Positions 28,084-37,517 of a DNA stretch of 64,000 bases are shown in pieces. Numbering within the stretch: position 1 is the stretch's first letter; every line of letters starts with the position of its first letter. The translations under genes and the position numbers were made by a program. The notes beneath the pieces were generated by a model. It was not told the origin of the DNA. It searched no databases and was given only the letters and a program-made list of their open reading frames with translations. Source of the DNA: Candidatus Hadarchaeum sp. (GTDB lineage: Archaea; Hadarchaeota; Hadarchaeia; Hadarchaeales; Hadarchaeaceae); NCBI GenBank assembly GCA_020725055.1, contig DYFS01000002.1, positions 622-64,621 of the forward strand, written 5' to 3'.

Positions 28084-28821
28084 TTGGGGGATTGCATGCG
28101 CTGGGAACTCTGGCGTCCGTGGTATGAAGAAATCGTGGCTAGGTTAGGGCTAGACAAAAAAGCAGATGAAGCCGCCGCAAAAATGTTAAACGATCTTTTG
28201 CCGAAGCCGGACATCAGAAAGTTGACGAGTTTGACCAAAGGAAAAGAATGCATTGTGCTCGGCGCCGGCCCGTCGCTCGACGACGACCTCAAGAAGCTCG
28301 AACGGGCTGGCTTCCCAAACAAAACATTGATATCTGCTGACGGCGCGACCTCAGCCGTGCTCAAGTACCGCGACCCTGAAATTATCGTCACCGACCTTGA
28401 TGGTAAAGTTGACGATCAGCTCTGGGCTTGGCGGCGGGGTTCGTGGCTCGTCGTGCACGCACACGGAGACAATATCGAACAGGTGCATAGAATTTTGCCC
28501 AAGCTGAGCGAACGCGTCATCGGCACCACGCAGGTCAAGCCCTTCGGCAGGCTCTTCAACTTTGGGGGGTTCACGGACGGTGACCGCGCGGCTTTCATGG
28601 CCCACGAGTTGGGGGCATGCAAGATTTATCTCGCGGGGATGGACCTAGGGACAAAAATCGGTAAACACTCGGGCGACAAGGATGTCAAACGAAAGCTCAT
28701 CAAGCTTGGGGTATGCAAGGAGTTGCTGGCATGGCTCGCGGGTAAACCCGGTGCGAACATCGTCAACCTAACGTCTAAAGGGGAGGAGATACTTAATGTG
28801 CGAAGGGAGGAATTGCCGTGA
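28084..28821 (+). CDS. DUF115/MptE-like Rossmann-fold protein (putative 6-hydroxymethyl-7,8-dihydropterin pyrophosphokinase)
   Basis: CIVLGAGPSLDDDL...ISADGATSAVL...HAHGDN is the pattern of the archaeal MptE family (COG1634). The assignment comes from motif recollection only. Confidence 0.4.
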   Translation: MGDCMRWELWRPWYEEIVARLGLDKKADEAAAKMLNDLLPKPDIRKLTSLTKGKECIVLGAGPSLDDDLKKLERAGFPNKTLISADGATSAVLKYRDPEIIVTDLDGKVDDQLWAWRRGSWLVVHAHGDNIEQVHRILPKLSERVIGTTQVKPFGRLFNFGGFTDGDRAAFMAHELGACKIYLAGMDLGTKIGKHSGDKDVKRKLIKLGVCKELLAWLAGKPGANIVNLTSKGEEILNVRREELP

Positions 28822-29171
28822 AAGACCCTGCCAGAAAATACTTTGGTAAAGTCACCGACCGCGAGCGCGCGATATTCGAAGGGGCGATCACCCTCGGCGC
28901 CCTCTACCACCAGTTCATCGGCGCTGCCGTTCACGACGCCAAGGCACTCGAGCGCGCGATGGAGCAAGCAGCAATCGCGCAACCGTTCATCGAGAGGGTG
29001 AGGGTCAAAATCAAGTGCCCCAAGAGGAAAAGAATACGCCCGTACGTCTATCCCGAGCTTTCTGCGGAGATGCTGGAAATCGCGCTAGTCGCGAAATACG
29101 GCGGGGCCCGTGTGCGCGTTGGCATGCGCTACGTTCGCGAGCTTGAGTACCCGCTGATGTTTATCGTCTGA
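28818..29171 (+). CDS. COG2098-like small protein (putative archaeal dihydroneopterin aldolase MptD)
   Basis: 117 aa, co-oriented with the MptE-like gene and overlapping it by 4 nt. FEGAITLGALYHQFIGAAV is consistent with the MptD family. Not verified. Confidence 0.35.
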   Translation: MKDPARKYFGKVTDRERAIFEGAITLGALYHQFIGAAVHDAKALERAMEQAAIAQPFIERVRVKIKCPKRKRIRPYVYPELSAEMLEIALVAKYGGARVRVGMRYVRELEYPLMFIV

Positions 29172-29172
29172 G

Positions 29173-29466
29173 CTACTCCTGCCCTTCCGTCTGCTCCGGT
29201 TGTTGCTCGGTTTGCTCCTGCTCTGCTTGTTCAGGCGGTTGCTCGGCTTGCTCCTGCCGCTCCTCTTTTTCGGGCGGCTTCTTCGAGACGAGCTCCAAGT
29301 ACAGCCGCTTAAGTTCCTCTTCCTTCTGCCTTTGGGCCTCCGCGGATGGTTTCGGCAGGCTCATGCTTTCCCCCGCCTCTCTGAGCTTTTGTTTGTATTT
29401 GATGATCTTCGCAGCCCGCGCAAGCTGCTTGGCCTTCACGGCCTTTGCCCCGGTTTTTCTGGTCAT
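29173..29466 (-). CDS. Small basic protein with an acidic E/Q-rich low-complexity tail, function unknown
   Basis: 97 aa, MTRKTGAKAVKAKQLARAAKIIKYKQKL...QEQAEQPPEQAEQEQTEQQPEQ. Confidence 0.3.
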   Translation of the reverse strand: MTRKTGAKAVKAKQLARAAKIIKYKQKLREAGESMSLPKPSAEAQRQKEEELKRLYLELVSKKPPEKEERQEQAEQPPEQAEQEQTEQQPEQTEGQE

Positions 29467-29507
29467 CTCCCCACCCTATTTCAAACGTACTCTCTATCGC
29501 CTCTGTT

Positions 29508-29858
29508 TTACCCCTTTGGCCCCTCCGACATGAGCCAGTACTCGGCCTCTTTCCTTATCTCTCTCAAGAACTGGCTGAACCCCTCATAGCTTAGGTAATA
29601 AACCGCCTTCCCCCCTGCCCGCCTAGTCGAGATCATCCCAGTCTCGCGCAACGGCCTGAGCAACAAGTAGAAATGTTTTCTCCCCGCCGCCGAATTTGGA
29701 TCCAAACTGAGGGCCCCCATGAGTTGCCCCATGTTTTGGGCTCCGCCCTCTCGCAAAGTTTTCAATACTTTCAGCCCCTCGGGTTTCAGCGAAACGCTCT
29801 TCGGGTGATTCCCGTACGCCAATTCCAACAGCCGATTGACACCGCTCTTTGCCTCCAT
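29508..29858 (-). CDS. Winged-helix (ArsR/MarR-like) transcriptional regulator
   Basis: 116 aa. LKVLKTLREGGAQNMGQLMGALSL...GMISTRRAGGKAVYYLS is a wHTH pattern. A strong SD (GGAGGGAGG) precedes the ATG. Confidence 0.5.
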   Translation of the reverse strand: MEAKSGVNRLLELAYGNHPKSVSLKPEGLKVLKTLREGGAQNMGQLMGALSLDPNSAAGRKHFYLLLRPLRETGMISTRRAGGKAVYYLSYEGFSQFLREIRKEAEYWLMSEGPKG

Positions 29859-29870
29859 TTCCTCCCTCCA

Positions 29871-29889
29871 ATGACTCTTGTAGAGTCAT
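29871..29889. promoter_or_regulatory. Perfect palindrome ATGACTCT-TGT-AGAGTCAT in the leader of the wHTH regulator gene. It is a candidate autoregulatory operator.
   Basis: An 8-bp inverted repeat sits 13-31 nt upstream of the ATG at 29858. A second AGAGTCA half-site lies near 29955, and a TTTAAATA TATA-like box lies near 29921-29933. Confidence 0.35.
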
Positions 29890-30105
29890 TTCTACCTTAC
29901 TTATGAGTAATTCTAGTATTTAAACCTTATCCTGAGTAATAAAATAACTCATTAAGAGTCAAAAAGGGATATAACCTACGTGTTCTTAGCTTATCGACAT
30001 TACTTTATACAAGGTAACTAGCCCACTCGATGGGGGTAGATTGGCGCAAGATTGCAAAGCAGGGGACCGTTGTCTTTAGATTGTTACTCTACAAGAGTAT
30101 TTTCA

Positions 30106-30603
30106 TTATCCAGGCCGCAATCCGGTGGCTTCTGCCCAGATATCATCTACCTTTTTTAAAAGTTTTTTTGCTAATTCTTGAATTTTTTGAGGTTTTTCTG
30201 CAATTAAATTAGTTAATTCTCCCCTAATCGATGTTAAATACTTAGATATGGCGTTTTTATCCATCTGCTCCCTCAAACGGCCTTTAATCTCTCGTTCAAA
30301 AAGTCTCTCTAGTTCTAGCTCTAATTCGGACAATTTTGCCATATAAAAGAGGTTTTCAATAATATCAGCCGTTTCTATGCCTAATTCTGTAAGTTTTACG
30401 AATTTAACTCTCCCAATCTCATCAAAACTGACTAATTTTAGCTCATTTAGTTTAAAAATCACATTTAAAGTGTGTGCATACGTGCTATCTATCTTTTTTG
30501 AAATTATTGCCGGATATAATGGTTTATTTTCCTTTTTTAAAGTTAAAAGTACTTTTACAGGCTTTTCTTGCAATAGCAACGATTTTAAGTCGTTTTTTAC
30601 CAT
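30106..30603 (-). CDS. AT-rich gene encoding a winged-helix DNA-binding protein with a C-terminal coiled coil
   Basis: The start is assigned to MVKNDLKSLL at 30603 because GGGGTGGTGAT lies immediately upstream. The longer ORF-track extension lacks such a site. LYPAIISKKIDSTYAHTLNVIFKLNELKLVSFDEIGRVKFVKLTELG is a wHTH pattern. GC is well below the window average. Confidence 0.45.
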   Translation of the reverse strand: MVKNDLKSLLLQEKPVKVLLTLKKENKPLYPAIISKKIDSTYAHTLNVIFKLNELKLVSFDEIGRVKFVKLTELGIETADIIENLFYMAKLSELELELERLFEREIKGRLREQMDKNAISKYLTSIRGELTNLIAEKPQKIQELAKKLLKKVDDIWAEATGLRPG

Positions 30604-30760
30604 ATCACCACCCCTGCGTTTTAAATCTCGATCCTCCATCCTTATAAATGTATCGTTTGATAAATTTATTTTAGTGTATATACACTTTATTAAATTCTTT
30701 ATAGTGAAGTTGTGAAAATGTCGAATCCAAAAATATGGGCGGCGCAAAAAAAAAGGAGGG

Positions 30761-32170
30761 GTGGGGAAGGCCAAAAAATTTATCAGCCCGAGAATCGATG
30801 CAAGAAGCGCGATGGGGGAAGAGGTGATAGAGTTGAAAGCGGTGAAGAGACCGAAGATAGTTGCACCGCCGCCTGGCCCGAAGGCGCGGGCGTTCATCGA
30901 AAGGGACCACGCCGTGACCTCGCCTTCGTTGACGAGGACCGTGCCACTCGTTGGTGTTGAGGAGGAGGGTGTGTGGGTGAAAGATATCGATGGAAACGTG
31001 TTTTTGGACTTCAGCTCGGGCATAGCTGTAACTAACGTGGGGCACCGCCACCCAAAGGTTGTGGAGGCGATGAGGCGCCAGATGGAGAAGCTGATCTTCA
31101 TCAACAGCTGCGATTTCTACACTTTACCCCAGGTCGAGCTCGCTGAGCGATTGTTTGAGGTGACGCCCGGAAAATTCAAGAAGCGTGCGTTCTTCTCGAA
31201 CTCTGGCGCCGAAGCCGTTGAGGCAGCGTTGAAGATCGCGCAGTGGCACACCCGCAACTACTACGTGATAGGTTTCATCGGGGGCTTCCACGGCCGGACG
31301 ATGGGCTCACTCCAGCTCACCACCACGAGCGTCGCGGTGCGCAGGCACTTCAAGGGGATGATGCCGGGGGTATTCCATACCCCGTACGCCTACTGCTACC
31401 GCTGCCCATTCAAGCAGGGCTACCCTGGCTGCGGGCTGTGGTGCGTTGGGTACATCGAAGACATCCTGCTCAAGAAAGTCGTGCCCCCGGACGATGTCGC
31501 ATGCATGGTGGTTGAGCCGATCCAGGGGGCTGGCGGCTACATCGTGCCCCCGGATGAGTACCTGCCGGCCCTCGCCGACCTCTGCAAGCGGAACGGTATC
31601 ATCTTGGTGATCGACGAGATACAATCGGGCTTCTGCCGCACGGGCAAGTGGTTCGCGTGCGAGCACTGGGGGGTTGAGCCGGATATAATCACAATGTCGA
31701 AGGCGATAGCCGCTGGCATGCCGTGCGGAGCCACGGTCGCGCGAGCCGAGCTAATGGATTGGGAGCCGGGGGCGCATGAGAACACCCTCGGCGGCAATCC
31801 CGTCGCTTGCGCAGCTGCGTTGGCGGTGCTCGACATCCTGAAGTCTGAGAAACTCGCCGACAACGCCACAAAGGTTGGCGGATACCTACTCAAGCGCTTG
31901 CGCGAACTGGCGGAGAAGCACGAGCTCGTTGGCGACGTCCGGGGGAAGGGGTTGATGATTGGCGTTGAGTTTGTCAAAGATAAACGCACTAAAGAGCCGG
32001 CGAGGGAGGAGCGCGACAGGGTCTTGGAGGAGGCGTTCAAGCACGGTCTGGTGTTGCTCGGCGCCGGGGCGTCGTCGCTCAGGCTCGCACCGCCGCTGAT
32101 CCTGACCCGCGAACAGGCCGATGTTGGACTTGAGATATTTGAGGAAGCGCTCAACGCGATCGAGCGATGA
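30761..32170 (+). CDS. Class III (omega) aminotransferase, 4-aminobutyrate/acetylornithine aminotransferase-like
   Basis: PLP fold-type I. Motifs LVIDEIQSGFCRTGKWFA, MSKAIAAG (Schiff-base Lys) and GGNPVACAAALAVLD are present. Confidence 0.75.
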   Translation: MGKAKKFISPRIDARSAMGEEVIELKAVKRPKIVAPPPGPKARAFIERDHAVTSPSLTRTVPLVGVEEEGVWVKDIDGNVFLDFSSGIAVTNVGHRHPKVVEAMRRQMEKLIFINSCDFYTLPQVELAERLFEVTPGKFKKRAFFSNSGAEAVEAALKIAQWHTRNYYVIGFIGGFHGRTMGSLQLTTTSVAVRRHFKGMMPGVFHTPYAYCYRCPFKQGYPGCGLWCVGYIEDILLKKVVPPDDVACMVVEPIQGAGGYIVPPDEYLPALADLCKRNGIILVIDEIQSGFCRTGKWFACEHWGVEPDIITMSKAIAAGMPCGATVARAELMDWEPGAHENTLGGNPVACAAALAVLDILKSEKLADNATKVGGYLLKRLRELAEKHELVGDVRGKGLMIGVEFVKDKRTKEPAREERDRVLEEAFKHGLVLLGAGASSLRLAPPLILTREQADVGLEIFEEALNAIER

Positions 32171-32189
32171 AGATGATGAAATCCCGTAG

Positions 32190-33149
32190 GTGAAAAACAC
32201 GTTAGGTGGATACCTAGGCACCGCCATCCTCACCGTGGTCCTACTTGGAATCGGGGCCGCTGCACAGCGCGTTTGGGTGGCCAGACCCTTTTTCCGCGTT
32301 ATCGACAAGCTGGCGCTCTGGGTGTTATTGCCGGCGATCGTGTTCACTTCGATAGCGTACCGGACCATCCCGGAGATCCGGGGCTTAGCCGCCGCCGTCT
32401 TATTCGCGTTCGTTGGGCTCGGCGTTTGTTTTGTCCTATCAGTCATCGTGGCGAGCGCCGCGCGTATGGACAGAAAGATGACCACCGCTGTCACCATGAA
32501 CGCGTCTTTCATGAACGTCACGTACCTCGGCCTCCCAATCGTTTACGCCCTAGTTGGAGAACAGGGGATGGCGCCAGCTAGCTTATACGCGATGGCGATA
32601 GGAGTTCTACACCTCATATTCGGTGTTGCCCTCGCCTCCTCCGCCGCCGGGAAAAAATTGAGTGCCCGTCCAATAATTTTGGGAGTTCTAACGTTTCCTG
32701 CAGCCTTTGCCGCGATCGTCTCGCTGCTCTTCGTGGGGTTTAAGGCACCTCCTCCGTTCCGGACCGAGATGCAAACGGCACTTGGCTACTTAATCAAACC
32801 GTCGACCGTCCTCTTCTTGTTGCTCGTTGGGTATTACATGCCAATCGTGAACCCGCGTAAATACTTGTCACCACTCGCGACAGCGGGTACAATCCGCCTG
32901 CTGGTATGCCCGCTCGTCACATTCGCCTGTATGGCGCTGCTCGGGCTAGAACTCGGGGAGATCACCCCACGACCAGCGCTGATAATGTCCGTGATGCCCC
33001 CGGCGGTCTTTAACGTGTACCTAGCCCACCGCTTTAAGCTGGATCTAAAACTCTACGGAGCAACGGTATTCTACCTCACCTTGATATCGCTTTTCATCGC
33101 TCTGCCGCTCATGGCGTATCTCGTCGGAATTCCTCTGGGAGGCGCTTAG
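32190..33149 (+). CDS. Auxin-efflux-carrier (AEC) family membrane transporter
   Basis: 319 aa with about 10 TM segments. Its length and hydrophobicity pattern fit the AEC/malate-permease-like family. Confidence 0.45.
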   Translation: MKNTLGGYLGTAILTVVLLGIGAAAQRVWVARPFFRVIDKLALWVLLPAIVFTSIAYRTIPEIRGLAAAVLFAFVGLGVCFVLSVIVASAARMDRKMTTAVTMNASFMNVTYLGLPIVYALVGEQGMAPASLYAMAIGVLHLIFGVALASSAAGKKLSARPIILGVLTFPAAFAAIVSLLFVGFKAPPPFRTEMQTALGYLIKPSTVLFLLLVGYYMPIVNPRKYLSPLATAGTIRLLVCPLVTFACMALLGLELGEITPRPALIMSVMPPAVFNVYLAHRFKLDLKLYGATVFYLTLISLFIALPLMAYLVGIPLGGA

Positions 33150-34668
33150 CCCCAACCTGGGCTCCGGCCTCTCCGAACTTGATTTCATCACGGAGCAACG
33201 AACGCAGCACGCCGTGGAGCCCCCCTACCAGAACTCGGATTTGCGTCATGGTGTCGCGGTCCCTAATCGTCACGGTATCATCTTCGAGGGTTTTGTGGTC
33301 GACTGTCACGCAATAAGGCGTCCCGACCTCATCGGCGCGCGCGTACCTGCGCCCGATCGAGCCGGAGTTGTCGTGCACCGCCATTAGCCCCTCGCGCTTT
33401 AACTTCTCGCATACCTCACGAGCCTTCTCAGGCATGCCGTCACGGTTGAGGAGCGGGAAGACGCCAACATCGATCGGAGCTAGACTCTTCTTCAGCCGCA
33501 TATACGTGCGCTTCTTTTCCTCCGCGTACGCATGCTCGAGCACGCAGTAGAGCGGGCGGTCTATGCCGTAGGATGGCTCGACCACGTGGCAGAGCACCTT
33601 CCGCTTTTTATCCGCAGAAAACATCGTGAGGTCTTTGCCGCTGAATTTAGCGTGGCCGGAGAGGTCGTAATCCGTGCGGTAAGCTAGCCCCGCGACCTCA
33701 ACCCAACCAAACCGCTCGGTCGACACCTCCGCATCCCACGTTTCCGCTGAGTAGTGGGCTCTCTGGCCCTTGGTCTGCTCCCTGAACCTAATCGCCCCCT
33801 CTGGGATTCCAAGGTCCAACAAGAAACGTTTGGTGAGGGCGAGGTAGTAAGCCATCAGCTCGTTGCACACGAGTTTCTTCTTCACCGCTTGCTCCGCCGT
33901 GACCTCGGTCAATCGCTCCTTGCCCTTCTCCTGGTCGCCCGCCAGCCAAAGCCTGAGCACCTCGTTCGCCGCATCCTTGAATTTTGGGTGATGCGGATCC
34001 TCGGGGTCGAAAAAGACCTCTGCCTCGGCCATCGTGAACTCCCTCAACCTTATTATCCCCTGCCTGGGCGAGATCTCGTTGCGGTAGCCGCGACCTATCT
34101 GCACAACACCGAAGGGCAGCCGCCCACGGGCGTAACGCTGGAGCCTGTTGAAATCCACGAAAATCCCTTGGGCCGTCTCAGGCCTCAGATAACCGACTTT
34201 CCGGCTTCCTGGCCCGATTGTTGTTCGAAACATCGCGTTGAAATCAAAAATCTTGCCCAGTACCCCGCCGCAGTCAGGGCAACGCACCTTGTGCCTCTCT
34301 ATGAACTGCTCAATCTCCCCTTTGGGCATACCTTCGATGTCCCTGCCGGTGGCCTCGCGAGCAACGTCCGCCACCCTTAACGCCGTGCCGCATTTTTGGC
34401 ATTCCACCATGGCATCTATGAAATGATCAACATGTCCGCTCGCCTTCAACACTTCTTCGGGCATTACGCTCGGCGAATCTATTTCGAAGAACCCTTCTTC
34501 GAGCACGTAATGCTCGCGCCACTTTTGGATTATTTTATTTTTCAAAAGCGAGCCGAGGGGGCCAAAATCGTAAAAACCGCCAACCCCGCCGTAAATCTCA
34601 AACGACGGCCAGATGAAGCCGCGCCTTTTGGCGAGGTCCATGAGCTTCTCACTTTTACCCGATGGCAC
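33109..34668 (-). CDS. glyS: Glycyl-tRNA synthetase (archaeal/eukaryotic alpha2 type)
   Basis: KRRGFIWPSFEIYGGVGGFYDFGPLG at the N-terminus, class II motifs, and an anticodon-binding C-terminal domain. Confidence 0.85.
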   Translation of the reverse strand: MPSGKSEKLMDLAKRRGFIWPSFEIYGGVGGFYDFGPLGSLLKNKIIQKWREHYVLEEGFFEIDSPSVMPEEVLKASGHVDHFIDAMVECQKCGTALRVADVAREATGRDIEGMPKGEIEQFIERHKVRCPDCGGVLGKIFDFNAMFRTTIGPGSRKVGYLRPETAQGIFVDFNRLQRYARGRLPFGVVQIGRGYRNEISPRQGIIRLREFTMAEAEVFFDPEDPHHPKFKDAANEVLRLWLAGDQEKGKERLTEVTAEQAVKKKLVCNELMAYYLALTKRFLLDLGIPEGAIRFREQTKGQRAHYSAETWDAEVSTERFGWVEVAGLAYRTDYDLSGHAKFSGKDLTMFSADKKRKVLCHVVEPSYGIDRPLYCVLEHAYAEEKKRTYMRLKKSLAPIDVGVFPLLNRDGMPEKAREVCEKLKREGLMAVHDNSGSIGRRYARADEVGTPYCVTVDHKTLEDDTVTIRDRDTMTQIRVLVGGLHGVLRSLLRDEIKFGEAGAQVGAKRLPEEFRRDTP

Positions 34669-34714
34669 CAGCCCACCGCACCTCTCAAGGCTTCCAAACC
34701 TAAAAAGTTACTCT

Positions 34715-35554
34715 TTACCCAACGAGCGCCCGGAGGAGGTCGATGTCCCGAACCATCCCGACAAACTCATCCTCGCCTGATATGACCGGGACTTGCTCAA
34801 TCTTGTGTTGTTTCATCAACTCGGCGCACTTGCTCACGGTGGTGCGCTTGGTGATGGTCACGAGTTCCTTACACATCACCTCTCGGGCTAGTTTGTCGGG
34901 GAGCTCCATTCTCTTTTTTGTGATGTAAATCCTGTCCTCACTGTCCCACGTCCAGGCGTCGCCCTCACTCCGCCCCGCCATGTGGCTCATCCTCGACTCC
35001 GTCTTGACCTCGCTCAAACCTATGATATCCGCGTCATCCACCATACCGATAAGCTTGCCCTCGGTATCAATCACCGGTAGCGCGCGGAGGCCTGCTAATC
35101 CCATTATCTCTATTGCTGCCCTAATCGGGGTCCCCTCCCACACTGCTGCGAGGCGGCGGCGCATGAAATCCGAGGCCGGCCTCTCTATACCCATCGCCGC
35201 GACTGCGCGGTAGACTATGTCCCTCACCGTGACGATGCCAACCAGCTTGCCCTCCCTGATAACGGGAAGCCTCCTGGCCCCGGTCTCCAGCATACACCTC
35301 ACCGCATCCTCGAGGGGATCATCCGGCGAAACCTGCGGGACTTCGCGGTCGACCAGCATCGCGAGCTGCTCCTCGTCCGGGTGGTCGAACAAATTTCTAA
35401 GGGTGACCATGCCTGCGAGCTCACCCGTGTCCCGCTTGACGACTGGCACGGCACTCACATCGAGTTTTCTCAGGAGCTCCAGCGCCTCTGCCCTGCTCCC
35501 AGGTATCTCAACCCATTTGACGTCTGTGGTCATCACATCTTTGACCTTCATCAA
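34715..35554 (-). CDS. Protein with four tandem CBS domains
   Basis: Four repeats of the V(K/R)D(V/I)M...hxhV motif. 279 aa. Confidence 0.6.
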   Translation of the reverse strand: MMKVKDVMTTDVKWVEIPGSRAEALELLRKLDVSAVPVVKRDTGELAGMVTLRNLFDHPDEEQLAMLVDREVPQVSPDDPLEDAVRCMLETGARRLPVIREGKLVGIVTVRDIVYRAVAAMGIERPASDFMRRRLAAVWEGTPIRAAIEIMGLAGLRALPVIDTEGKLIGMVDDADIIGLSEVKTESRMSHMAGRSEGDAWTWDSEDRIYITKKRMELPDKLAREVMCKELVTITKRTTVSKCAELMKQHKIEQVPVISGEDEFVGMVRDIDLLRALVG

Positions 35555-35605
35555 CCAACCCTCCGATATCCTCCACCGATAACAGCGTAGAATTTCAAAG
35601 AAATC

Positions 35606-36748
35606 TTAGTCGCTTGGCTTAAATCTTTTACCGTTCACAAAAATCGCTCTGAGGTTGCCTGCCCTAGCGCGGTTCACCAACCCCGCGTAGGTTTCAGTTA
35701 GATCGAGTAGGTTATTCCTCCTCGATAGGGCCAAAAACGTCGCCCGGGCCCCCTCTTGAACAGCGCTCCAAGGCAAATCAAAAATCTTGAGTGGTTCAAC
35801 CGTGGCGGCCCGCAAAAGCGCTCGCGCCTCCTCCCCCCCAACTCTGCTATCGGCGCGGCGCAGGCATGCCCACGCAAACGAGAGCTCACTAAACATATCG
35901 GGCTGGCTGACCGCGACGTTGTCAGTTCCGAGGCAAAATCTCACCCCATACCCAAGCGCGCGCCTTATCGGTGGCACACCAACACCCAACAGGCTATTCG
36001 CTCTCGCGCAAAAAACCACTGGCGTGTCAGCCCGGTGTAGGGCGACTAAATCGTCCTCGCTAGCCCAAGTCGCGTGTACAACGAACGAGGGGTGCAGCTC
36101 GAGCGCCCGCCTAACCTCAGATTTCTTTGTTACCCTAATAGATGCAGCGTTAGCTTCCGCGGTTTCGGCGGCGTGCATGGCGAGGATTTTATTTGCCCCC
36201 AAAACCTCCCGCACCACTTCCTTGAGCGCCCGGGCCCTAATTGCATCTAAAGAGGGCAACCCGAGACCATCGCACGCACGTAAGAGTCTGCTCAGCTCCG
36301 CCCATTTCGAGGAGCGGCCCAAAATTACGCTCTTTGGAAGAGCGCCCCCAGCTTTTTGGAGAACCCTTACCCCGGCCAAACCGCCCTCCCTAAAGTCGCA
36401 GTGGGCGAGCGTTCCGGTGCACAGCATATCTAGAAGTACCGAGCGGATTGCCCGGATGAGCTGTGACTTAGGTCCCTTGAGCGCGCGAAATTTGGCCCCC
36501 CTAGGCCCAACCACTTCCGGCTGGGTTTTTTTGAGGTAGAGCTCTTTGGCGATTGAGTCGGCAACGTGGGTGTGGGCGTTGACGAACGGGGGGAGCACAA
36601 AACCGCGCTTGAGATCAACACCCCGGTTGCGCGGCATACCAACCCCAATTTTTTCAATCACATCATCGCGGACAACGAGATAACCGCGCGCCTCATCTAA
36701 CTCCTCGCCCTCCAGTATCGTTGCGTTGTAGAGTACGAGTTTGCCCAT
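35606..36748 (-). CDS. Metal-dependent amidohydrolase (chlorohydrolase/deaminase-like, e.g. MTA/SAH-deaminase family)
   Basis: PPFVNAHTHVADS (HxH metal site), HAAE and GTD motifs. 380 aa. Confidence 0.5.
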   Translation of the reverse strand: MGKLVLYNATILEGEELDEARGYLVVRDDVIEKIGVGMPRNRGVDLKRGFVLPPFVNAHTHVADSIAKELYLKKTQPEVVGPRGAKFRALKGPKSQLIRAIRSVLLDMLCTGTLAHCDFREGGLAGVRVLQKAGGALPKSVILGRSSKWAELSRLLRACDGLGLPSLDAIRARALKEVVREVLGANKILAMHAAETAEANAASIRVTKKSEVRRALELHPSFVVHATWASEDDLVALHRADTPVVFCARANSLLGVGVPPIRRALGYGVRFCLGTDNVAVSQPDMFSELSFAWACLRRADSRVGGEEARALLRAATVEPLKIFDLPWSAVQEGARATFLALSRRNNLLDLTETYAGLVNRARAGNLRAIFVNGKRFKPSD

Positions 36749-36772
36749 GTACCCACCTGTTATAGCTTAGAT

Positions 36773-37297
36773 TTGTTATATTTAATTGGGACCATGCAGC
36801 TCGTCGTTTACAGCGCCCGGGAGTGCGACCCAAAAAAATGCACCGCCGTGCGCCTGCGCCGCGCTGGAAAAATTCGCATGGTTTATAGGCCGGGGAACTT
36901 GCCAACCGGCGCCGTTTTGCTCGACCCATTCGCACAGAGGGCGCTCTCCAAGGCGGATGCTGCCATCGCTGAAAAACACGGACTCGTAGCTCTCGACTGC
37001 TCGTGGAAAAAAATTCAATGGATTGGGGAACTCAGGGCCCGAATGGTGCCGCGAAGCCTCCCCTACCTTGTCGCGGCCAACCCAACCTACTACGGACGGC
37101 CGACAACGCTGAGCACCGCCGAAGCGCTCGCCGCTGCACTTTTCATCTTGGGGAATCGTGAACGGGCGAAAGAAATTCTCGCTGGGTTCAAGTGGGGATC
37201 GACTTTCTTTGATTTAAATCACGACCCGCTGGAAGCCTATGCTGGCGCAAAAGATAGCGCTGAAGTAATCGCTGCCCAATCCGGGTTCCTACCGTAG
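36773..37297 (+). CDS. tsr3: 16S rRNA aminocarboxypropyltransferase Tsr3 (DUF367)
   Basis: RECDPKKCTAVRL...ALDCSW...LVAANPTYYGRP matches the Tsr3 family signature. Confidence 0.7.
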   Translation: MLYLIGTMQLVVYSARECDPKKCTAVRLRRAGKIRMVYRPGNLPTGAVLLDPFAQRALSKADAAIAEKHGLVALDCSWKKIQWIGELRARMVPRSLPYLVAANPTYYGRPTTLSTAEALAAALFILGNRERAKEILAGFKWGSTFFDLNHDPLEAYAGAKDSAEVIAAQSGFLP

Positions 37298-37340
37298 AAA
37301 AGTTTTAACCCATGAAAAATTAGTAAAAGATGGTGCTGAC

Positions 37341-37517
37341 ATGCGCAGGCGAGAAGGTGAGATGCCAGCGACCGGGGCCGGCTTGATACGTTACTTTAAG
37401 GAGGAGGGCCACGGATACAAGATCTCGCCGAAAGCCGTACTCGGCGTAGCTATCGGCCTAATAGTTTTTGAAGTGCTCCTACGGATGGGCCTCGGCTCGG
37501 CATTACTCGGCTTCTAG
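37341..37517 (+). CDS. secG: Preprotein translocase subunit Sec61beta (SecG). It is 58 aa, so it falls below the ORF-track cutoff.
   Basis: MRRREGEMPATGAGLIRYFKEEGHGYKISPKAVLGVAIGLIVFEVLLRMGLGSALLGF. The GAGLIRYF...KISP..V.GV motif and the single TM helix match archaeal Sec61beta. Confidence 0.65.
   Translation: MRRREGEMPATGAGLIRYFKEEGHGYKISPKAVLGVAIGLIVFEVLLRMGLGSALLGF

Noticed and set aside
30604-31104. Upstream extension of the wHTH/coiled-coil ORF to 31104
   Set aside because: The extension is open only by chance in an AT-poor stretch and overlaps the aminotransferase gene on the other strand. A Shine-Dalgarno-like GGGGTGGTGAT directly precedes the internal ATG at 30603.
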